Source: Thermoproteus tenax Kra 1
GTDB lineage: Archaea; Thermoproteota; Thermoprotei; Thermoproteales; Thermoproteaceae
NCBI RefSeq assembly: GCF_000253055.1
Contig: NC_016070.1
Span: 750,001 to 782,000, forward strand
Direction: 5' to 3'
Length of the DNA stretch: 32,000 nucleotides
A program made the position numbers and the translations under genes. Below, one piece after another: positions 25,713 through 32,000 of the stretch. Each line of letters starts with the position of its first letter. The stretch's first letter is position 1. The notes under the pieces were generated by a model, which was not told the origin of the DNA, did no database searches, and was given only the letters and a program-made list of their open reading frames with translations.

Positions 25713-26330
25713 GTGTGGTTGACGGATCCTCTAGAATGGCAGTATATATATACTCTGGCTAAATCCCTTCTCCCGGGTCTTTCGTTTCACAGAGACGAGG
25801 AGGCGGCGGAGCTGGCATCGAGGCTGGGAGGCCTTCCCATTGGCAAGCTGAGGGAATTCGATTGGACTAGGCCCGTCATCTATATGCCGCCCTTCAAGCG
25901 TATAGCCGAGGGCACAGTTGTAGTGGCAGTCGAAGGGCGCACGGCCAAAAAGTTGGCCGGGCTGGGCGTCAGACCTCACGTGGTCGTGACTGATCTAGAC
26001 TTTGAGCCAGACTACATAGACATAGGCCTTATCGCCGTTGTGCACGCTCACGGCGATAATATAGATAGGCTGGCTGAATATGCGCGCGGACTCCGCATAT
26101 ACACAGTCCAAACGCCGCCGAGGCCCAACACTTATAACGTGGGCGGTTTCACCGACGGAGATAGAGCGATATATCTAGCGATAGCCATGGGCGCCCGGGA
26201 GATAATAGTCAGCGGCTTCTACCCCGAGGAGCCCATTAAGCGGAACGACGAGGTCAAAAGGAGGAAGTTGGCGCTGGCTAAGGCGTTGATCAAGCGCCTA
26301 TCCTCACGGGCGTTGCTCAACATGATTTAA
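25713..26330 (+). CDS. DUF115 / MptE-like protein (6-hydroxymethylpterin diphosphokinase MptE / Maf family fold)
   Basis: 205 aa with a GTG start 2 nt after the P5 stop. The VVVTDLD...VVHAHGDN motif pair is typical of the MptE-like (DUF115) family. Confidence 0.65.
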   Translation: MWLTDPLEWQYIYTLAKSLLPGLSFHRDEEAAELASRLGGLPIGKLREFDWTRPVIYMPPFKRIAEGTVVVAVEGRTAKKLAGLGVRPHVVVTDLDFEPDYIDIGLIAVVHAHGDNIDRLAEYARGLRIYTVQTPPRPNTYNVGGFTDGDRAIYLAIAMGAREIIVSGFYPEEPIKRNDEVKRRKLALAKALIKRLSSRALLNMI

Positions 26331-26591
26331 TAGCATCGTCAACGATCTCTCCAGTTGCTCTAGCCGTCTCTCGTCATCTTCAAACCTTAGATACTCTTCA
26401 AGCGGCATCTTTAAATCCATCATGTCCTCGCCAGCTATATAGACACATAGAACGTTTTTACATACTGTTAGAGTGTATATGGTCCGGTAGGGGTACAGCT
26501 CGGTATAATACCAGAGGTAGCCGCCCATACCTCTCAGAGTCTCAACGACCCGAGGGTCTCTCCCAACCTTGGCGATGTCAAGTTTGTCCAC
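26304..26591 (-). CDS. Hypothetical protein (95 aa)
   Basis: GTG-start ORF convergent on the DUF115 gene (27-nt overlap) and divergent from the platform-protein gene. No family recognised. Confidence 0.35.
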   Translation of the reverse strand: MDKLDIAKVGRDPRVVETLRGMGGYLWYYTELYPYRTIYTLTVCKNVLCVYIAGEDMMDLKMPLEEYLRFEDDERRLEQLERSLTMLLNHVEQRP

Positions 26592-26676
26592 GCCTCCCTC
26601 TTGATTTATACATTTATATGTTCCTCGGAGGCGCTGCTCTGACGCAAAAAATATATTCTACATATAGAGACCGCTT

Positions 26677-28251
26677 GTGAATATTTACAATTTCCTCATG
26701 AAGGGTATTGAGAGAACCGATCTGGATCCGTTGAGATTCAGACAGACAATAAGGCTGTCTCTCCTGGGGGGTTCCGCCCTATTAGCCCTTGGTATATTCC
26801 TGACTCTTGTTAAGGCCTTTCCGATAGGTCCGCTGCTCCTTGGTCTCGGCGTATTCCTCCTCTTCATGCCTAGACTAATCATAAACGTGCGCGCCGCCTC
26901 CATAAGGGAGATGCTCAACATGGAGATCCCGTTCTTGACGGTGCTTGTGCAGATGACCTTTGCAACAAAGGCGCCTTTAGAGCTCGCCATACAGAGGATG
27001 ATGCGATATAGAGAGCTGCCGGGCATCAGAACGCTGGCTACCACTGCGTGGAATAATACGCGCATGCTCGGCATGGAGCCGCTAGACGGATTAAAGAGGG
27101 CCGTTGAGAAGCTGGCCCCTCAAAAGCTGATCTACCGCTTTAACTCACTCTACACAGCCCTAAGGGTCGGGGAGGACATAATAGCGAAGCTCGCCTTGTA
27201 TATGGACATGGACATGGTCGAGTTCTCCTCTGGTATGCAACGGAGGATGGACTCCTTGGTCTCGGCCATATCGGCAACAATAGTGGGCCTAGCAATGGTG
27301 TCTGTCACGGCTGTAGTCGTGGGCAGAGGCAACGCAGGCGTCTTTGTGTTGATGGGAGGCCTCCTACCTGCTGTGATGGGGGCCATAATGGGCATGATAA
27401 TCAACGTCCCGTTATTGAAGATGGACTTCAGAATATGGCCGCTTATCTTCGCCCTGCTGTCGGGCATAACGATGATAATATTGGGCTTCTTCCTGAACTT
27501 CGGCGTGTATACTCCTCTGGCCGCTGCAAGCGTATCCGCCCTAGGCTATTTTCTGACTAAGGAGAAGATAAATGCTAGATCATTTGAGAGAGGCTTCATG
27601 GACTTCTCATACGTAGTTTTGGACGAGCTGAAGCGTTCGCCCTCCGTGGTGCGCGCCATAGAGAACGCAGTAACTTACGGAAACTTCGGCGACTTCACGC
27701 CCAGAGCTGCATCTATGTTGACGGCTATTAAGTCCGGAATATCTGAGCTGGAGGAGGTGGTAGTTAGGGGAATGCAGCCGCTGATGGCCATCATCTCAAG
27801 GATCTTCTTCGACATCCACAGGCTGGGCACTCTTCCCCGCTCAACGATAGACCAACTTCAGAACTTTGTCGCAAAGCTCTTCGACTACAGAGAACAGCTA
27901 AGTAAGTCCTTGGGAATAGTGAGGTTGCTGGCCGTGCTCGGAGCCGCGATGGTGGCCTTCGTCAATGCATCTATGATCATAATGACCCAAGCCATGGCCG
28001 GCGTATCCGGCGGTGGCGCAGCGCCGGTTGCTGGCATGGCCGCCGGCGGCATAGGCATGAACTTCCTCTATCTAGCATTCGGCATGTTGGCCATAGGATA
28101 CTACTTCCTCTTCGCCAAGGTCAGCTTCTCAACGCGCGGAGGCCTTATATATCTCTCCATATTCTACATCTCCATGTTCCTCGTGATCACCGTCACAACT
28201 AGCGTATTAAAGCCGCCGAGCAGCTCCTCATCATCGTTAGGATTGCCATGA
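26677..28251 (+). CDS. FlaJ/TadC-like polytopic membrane platform protein (two T2SS-F-like domains)
   Basis: 524 aa. The start may be the ATG at 26698. Two cytoplasmic helical segments resemble T2SSF domains (EIPFLTVLVQMTFATKAPLELAIQRM...LGMEPLDGLKRAVEKLAP... and a second copy around SVVRAIENAV...). Each is followed by multiple TM helices. Its stop overlaps the ATPase ATG (ATGA). Confidence 0.75.
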   Translation: MNIYNFLMKGIERTDLDPLRFRQTIRLSLLGGSALLALGIFLTLVKAFPIGPLLLGLGVFLLFMPRLIINVRAASIREMLNMEIPFLTVLVQMTFATKAPLELAIQRMMRYRELPGIRTLATTAWNNTRMLGMEPLDGLKRAVEKLAPQKLIYRFNSLYTALRVGEDIIAKLALYMDMDMVEFSSGMQRRMDSLVSAISATIVGLAMVSVTAVVVGRGNAGVFVLMGGLLPAVMGAIMGMIINVPLLKMDFRIWPLIFALLSGITMIILGFFLNFGVYTPLAAASVSALGYFLTKEKINARSFERGFMDFSYVVLDELKRSPSVVRAIENAVTYGNFGDFTPRAASMLTAIKSGISELEEVVVRGMQPLMAIISRIFFDIHRLGTLPRSTIDQLQNFVAKLFDYREQLSKSLGIVRLLAVLGAAMVAFVNASMIIMTQAMAGVSGGGAAPVAGMAAGGIGMNFLYLAFGMLAIGYYFLFAKVSFSTRGGLIYLSIFYISMFLVITVTTSVLKPPSSSSSSLGLP

Positions 28252-29757
28252 GCGCCCGCGGCCTAGGCTTCAAAATAGAGCGATGTCCCGGCGTGCCTGT
28301 TGAAGAGTACGGCGTAGAGGGCGCCCGAATAACCATACATAAGTTCGAAGACGGCTACTGCTATTCGGTCAATTACGCCTTTCCCTATTCAGACAAGGTG
28401 GGCGAATACGTATACAAGATAGTCGAGTACCTCACGGCGAGACAAGTAGTGCGCCCCGATATGACCAGAGAGGAGTTAGGCAAGCTGATCGAGATGGCTA
28501 TGGCCGACGTGGGGGTACCGAAGCCTTTAAGGGCGCCGGTGCGTTTCTACGTCCAACTGGAGGCCGCAGACTACTCCTATCTGACGCCGCTGCTGTATGA
28601 TGTGAAGCTCGAGAACGTCAATATAAACGGGACCGATAATCCAATATACGTCGATCACAGAGATTATGGCTACAATATCAAGACGAACATAGTCCCCACC
28701 GACAAGGAGGTCATATTGAGAATTGTAAGTAGAGTCTATGCGGAGACCGGCAGACCGCTCAACGAGCAGTATCCTATTCAGGACACCTACCTCCGGCTTT
28801 CCAACGGCGCCCTATTAAGGTTCGCCACTGCGATGTCAAATAAGACCTCGCGCAATCCGCCGTATGTCTCAGTCCGTATCCAGCCTCCGGAGCCCATCTC
28901 TCCGACTAAACTCATAAAGAACAAGACCATCTCCGCTCTAGGGCTCGCCTATCTGTGGTATTTGTTCGAGAACCTATCTGTGGTATTTGTTCGAGAATCT
29001 GAAGTCTATAATGATAATCGGAGGCACTGGCTCTGGCAAGACCACGTTGTTGAACGCGTTACTAGTTCTACTGCCGCATAAACGTATAGCCGTAGCTGAG
29101 GAGACTCCCGAGATACGCCTGCCCAAGAGCTTCACAAATTCAGTGCTACTATTCACATCTCCATTATACGACTATCAGAAAAATCTGCCAGGCTCAGAAT
29201 CTGCTATATACCTAATAGACCTTGTCCGCTTCTTGCTCCGCGCGAGGCCGGACATCGTCGTCATAGGGGAGAGCCGCGGCCGCGAGATACACGAACTGAT
29301 CCAAGGAATCTTGACGGGACACGGCGGAGCCACTACGTTCCACGCCGAGGATATGGTGGAGGCGTTCATGAGAATGACTGGGGAGGCCATGGGCGTATCG
29401 CCCGAACACATCTCGGCGTTCAGCGCGGTGGCCGTAGTCAGAAAGTTCGATTGGGGAAGAAGAGTTACATCTCTGACCGAGATAGTTTGGCTTAGAGCGT
29501 ACCCCTTCCCTGCCTTAAACCGCATTAAGATCAAAGAGGAGGAGTTCGGTCTAGTGGAGGTGGGCACCTACGACCGTAATAAAGACACGTTCACGGTCGA
29601 TTTAAAACGCTCCTTCTGGCTCCAGAAGCTTGGAGGCGTTGAGGAGGTTATGGCGCGTGCCGAGCTGCTCCAAGCCTTAGCAGATAAAGGCGTTATAGAC
29701 GCAGAGGCCGTGGCGGAGGCCGTCAGACAGTATTACAGACTGAAGAGGAAGATATGA
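28248..29757 (+). pseudogene. FlaI/TadA/VirB11-family secretion ATPase, reading frame split by a 25-bp tandem duplication
   Basis: The N-terminal part (ORF 28248-29081) ends ...ISALGLAYLWYLFEN and then runs out of frame. The C-terminal part (ORF 28987-29757, in the +1 frame) reads (M)FENLKSIMIIGGTGSGKTTLLNAL (Walker A), then DIVVIGESRGREIHE (Walker B/Asp box) and TGHGGATTFHAED (His box). Deleting one 25-bp copy joins ...AYLWYLFENLKSIMIIGGTGSGKTT... in one frame. Confidence 0.85.
28948..28997. repeat. Perfect 25-bp tandem direct duplication (2 copies)
   Basis: cctatctgtggtatttgttcgagaa occurs at 28948-28972 and again at 28973-28997, with no mismatch and no spacer. Because 25 is not a multiple of 3, this causes a +1 frame change. 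Confidence 0.95.
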
Positions 29758-29972
29758 TACTATATGGTTCTCCGGAGGAGATAAGGGGAGCTTTAGAGGA
29801 TGAGGCCGCCAAACTTATGTCCTTAAAGGGGAAAGACCCACATCTTGATAAATATATAGATAATAAACTGAAAGTATTGAAAGAATGTTTTAATAAACTA
29901 AAAAATATCCATTCTAATTATATACAGATTATTGCGATTTCTTCGTGTGATATAATAGAATTAGGTCAATAG
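29754..29972 (+). CDS. Hypothetical small protein (72 aa)
   Basis: The ATG overlaps the ATPase stop (ATGA). The 3' two thirds are strongly AT-rich. The product is hydrophilic and helical-looking. No family recognised. Confidence 0.4.
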   Translation: MILYGSPEEIRGALEDEAAKLMSLKGKDPHLDKYIDNKLKVLKECFNKLKNIHSNYIQIIAISSCDIIELGQ

Positions 29973-30061
29973 TTTAGCCTCCAGGGTTTGGGCTTTAGCT
30001 GTTGTATCAAGGACCCTCTAGGCGTCCATTAATATATATATTATACTTTAAGCCTATAGTT

Positions 30062-30574
30062 ATGAACTTCGAGATATATCCAGCGTTGCTGATAGCTGTT
30101 TTCACGGCATTAGGCGGCTATATAATAAGAGACCTACAAGCGCTATCGATACTGGTAGCCCTCTCCTCGGTCGCGGCCTTTCTGTTGGCTATATTATTCA
30201 ACGCACCTGCGGCGGTCTTAGGTCTCCTTGGCCTGACTGTGGCGGCCGTGAGGATAATACGAAGGCCGGAGCTCAGAACTTGGAGGCAGAGGATATATAG
30301 ATCGAGGAGGAGACTCGAAGAGCTTGAGGAAATGACAAAACAGCTTTCCCGCATCCATATAATGGACCTAGTTCCGGCGGGATCCAAAAGGGCCATCCAT
30401 CCTAAGTTGGTCGAACTGGTCGATATGGCCGATAAAGCTACATCGTTGGGCTACCAAGTCTCAGAGCCTCAGTGGCTGAAAATCCTGAGAACATATAGGA
30501 GACTACTAGGTTCGCAATTCGAGGCCGAGGCGACGACTATAGTGGGCGAAACCGACGTCTTCGAGCTCGAGTAG
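30062..30574 (+). CDS. Hypothetical membrane protein
   Basis: The start is set at the ATG at 30062 (MNFEIYPALLIAVFTALGGYII), which lies about 20-30 nt after a TATATATATTA tract. It has 2-3 N-terminal TM helices followed by a charged cytoplasmic tail. Confidence 0.55.
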   Translation: MNFEIYPALLIAVFTALGGYIIRDLQALSILVALSSVAAFLLAILFNAPAAVLGLLGLTVAAVRIIRRPELRTWRQRIYRSRRRLEELEEMTKQLSRIHIMDLVPAGSKRAIHPKLVELVDMADKATSLGYQVSEPQWLKILRTYRRLLGSQFEAEATTIVGETDVFELE

Positions 30575-30589
30575 GGCTCCGTCTAGCAG

Positions 30590-31066
30590 TTAATATAACA
30601 ATATACTTTCAATTCCACTTCTTCTAAGCGCCTTTACTGTCTCAAGGTTGTCGTCAAAATGGGCCGCGATATCTAGACCGGATCTAAGTAGCCTTAAGAT
30701 TGTGTCAGTCTTATAGACAGGATCGGACCGCGCATCTTCAGATGGGCGCATGAACAAGTCCTCGTAGACTACGTTGTACGCGCTCAGCTGGCGTTCCGTA
30801 CACTCTCTCATTGTCTCAGGCCTTCCTGTCACGAGCACAATTTTGAACCCTCTATTATATAAATAATTTATAAAATCTATATTATTAATCTTAGGGCTAT
30901 CTAAGTATAGTTTATTACAATCTAGAAAACATTTCCAGTCTATCGTCGAGCCGTTAATACACATCGATAGCCTCCTCGTTGCATCTATCAATACGCCATC
31001 TATATCGGAGCTCAGCACAATGCGCTGGTCCCACTTGTTAGTCGGCCCTTGAGGGAGCCGCATCAC
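30590..31066 (-). CDS. HAD-superfamily phosphatase-like protein
   Basis: 158 aa with HAD motif I DIDGVLID, motif II VLVTGR and a C-terminal FDDN acidic motif. It contains an in-frame AT-rich island (about 30840-30960). Confidence 0.65.
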   Translation of the reverse strand: MMRLPQGPTNKWDQRIVLSSDIDGVLIDATRRLSMCINGSTIDWKCFLDCNKLYLDSPKINNIDFINYLYNRGFKIVLVTGRPETMRECTERQLSAYNVVYEDLFMRPSEDARSDPVYKTDTILRLLRSGLDIAAHFDDNLETVKALRRSGIESILLY

Positions 31067-31382
31067 TATATCTTATAATGCCCAACTGTTCGGCGATCTT
31101 CAGGTACCAAAATGCGAGATGGCGCGCCAGAGAGGACAGAGCTCTCTCGGCGTCGGAGGCCCCGAAGATCTCAGAATAGGCCGCTGTGGCGGATTCTGGA
31201 TCTAGTCTCTCCCTCAACAGCCGTGCAAGCTCTTCAACGACCTCGGAGGCCGGCCTGCCTGACATATCGGCTATAGTCCGCAGTAGCGAGGAGTTGGGTA
31301 TTACTTTGTCTATCAACTCGGCCCTTCCTCTCTCTCGCAACTTCTCGACGTAACGCGCTATAAGCGGGTCGTCGAGCTCCAT
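31038..31382 (-). CDS. Hypothetical protein (114 aa)
   Basis: An ORF that overlaps its neighbours at both ends (25 and 29 nt), consistent with an operon. No family recognised. Confidence 0.45.
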   Translation of the reverse strand: MELDDPLIARYVEKLRERGRAELIDKVIPNSSLLRTIADMSGRPASEVVEELARLLRERLDPESATAAYSEIFGASDAERALSSLARHLAFWYLKIAEQLGIIRYSDAAPSRAD

Positions 31383-32000
31383 AATATTCTAAACATATCC
31401 ACCATATCGTCGCGTCTGTACTTAGGCTCATAGCCCAACAGCGACCTAAGTTTTTCACACGAGAATTTAATTCCGGCATATTTCAGCAACCCCCTTATTG
31501 ACGGCGGGGCGAGAGCTCTGGCCAGCGCCAGCGGCATGGGCAATTTGACGAGGCGTCGCCCAGCGGCCTCCTCCAGCGCCGTAATGACTTCGTTGAAGCT
31601 CAGCGGCTCGCACTGGGTGGCGAAGAAATACTGCCGGGCAGTGATGTGAACAGCCCTTTCTACTATTTCCGATAGATCGCTTACAGATATGGCCGAGAAG
31701 CTCAAGCTAAGCCTTGGGGCGAGACCCCGCCTTGCCAAGTCCACTAGCTTAGCCCACTCGGGGTGGTCGTTGTAGGGCCCGTAGACAGCAGTAGGCCTTA
31801 TTATGACCCAGTTGTTGGCACACTTAGATATAATGCGCTCTCCCTCGGCCTTAGTTTCATCGAAGTAGGTCGCAGGCCTTATACCCACCAAGTGCTCCTC
31901 CTCCTCTTTAACTGTCGTCCCGATTGGGCCTACCACTGTGGCGCCCGATATATGTATCAAGCGGCCGCTCCATCCGGCTTGACTCAATGCTGAGCATAAC
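31358..32000 (-). CDS. NAD-dependent epimerase/dehydratase (SDR) family protein, N-terminus outside the window
   Basis: The C-terminal two thirds of an extended SDR are visible (…IIRPTAVYGP…, substrate-domain-like tail). The frame stays open to the window edge, so the track 'M' is only a TTG and not the true start. Confidence 0.7.
   Translation of the reverse strand, partial: LCSALSQAGWSGRLIHISGATVVGPIGTTVKEEEEHLVGIRPATYFDETKAEGERIISKCANNWVIIRPTAVYGPYNDHPEWAKLVDLARRGLAPRLSLSFSAISVSDLSEIVERAVHITARQYFFATQCEPLSFNEVITALEEAAGRRLVKLPMPLALARALAPPSIRGLLKYAGIKFSCEKLRSLLGYEPKYRRDDMVDMFRILWSSTTRL

Noticed and set aside
28940-29081. Programmed ribosomal frameshifting as the explanation for the split ATPase.
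   Set aside because: The frame change coincides exactly with a perfect 25-bp duplication, and there is no recognisable slippery heptamer or downstream structure. A DNA-level duplication is the simpler explanation, and reading through both copies would also insert 8 extra residues.

Overview
This looks like a chromosomal segment from a crenarchaeon. I infer Thermoproteales-like (Pyrobaculum/Thermoproteus type) from three things: TATA boxes about 25 nt upstream of start codons (leaderless-style genes), a tRNA with an intron at a non-canonical position, and the gene content. I cannot confirm the organism without a search.

Positions 1-18.8 kb are mostly housekeeping genes:
- SdhA/FrdA flavoprotein, PCNA, a CBS protein, and a RavA-like MoxR ATPase with a ViaA-like VWA partner.
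- An ArsR-type regulator, endonuclease III, an M32 carboxypeptidase, and an Lrp/AsnC regulator.
- A Thg1-like enzyme and a thiolase.
- Several N-terminally anchored, sequon-rich surface proteins interspersed among these.

This part also contains:
- A decayed IS200/IS605-type tnpB remnant bracketed by a GC-rich hairpin repeat, with a third, solo copy of that repeat next to the tRNA.
- One intron-containing tRNA, probably Arg-CCG.
- A candidate C/D box sRNA.
- A 58-aa CDGSH iron-sulfur ORF that falls below the ORF-track size cutoff.

Positions 18.9-30 kb are the most interesting part, a type IV filament (Tad/Epd-like) locus:
- Five translationally coupled genes have products that start with a pilin/TadE-like hydrophobic N-terminus. 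One of them is a 1185-aa giant.
- A DUF115/MptE-like gene follows these five.
- A separate operon encodes a FlaJ/TadC-like platform protein and a FlaI/TadA-like ATPase.
- The ATPase reading frame is broken by a perfect 25-bp tandem duplication. Removing one copy restores a single ORF.

A second unexplained signal is a set of sharp, in-frame AT-rich islands (13-28% GC in the 60-120 nt stretches I counted by hand) inside genes whose one counted flank is 62% GC. No CRISPR array or rRNA gene was seen.

All functional calls rest on motif and family recognition by eye. No database search was run.
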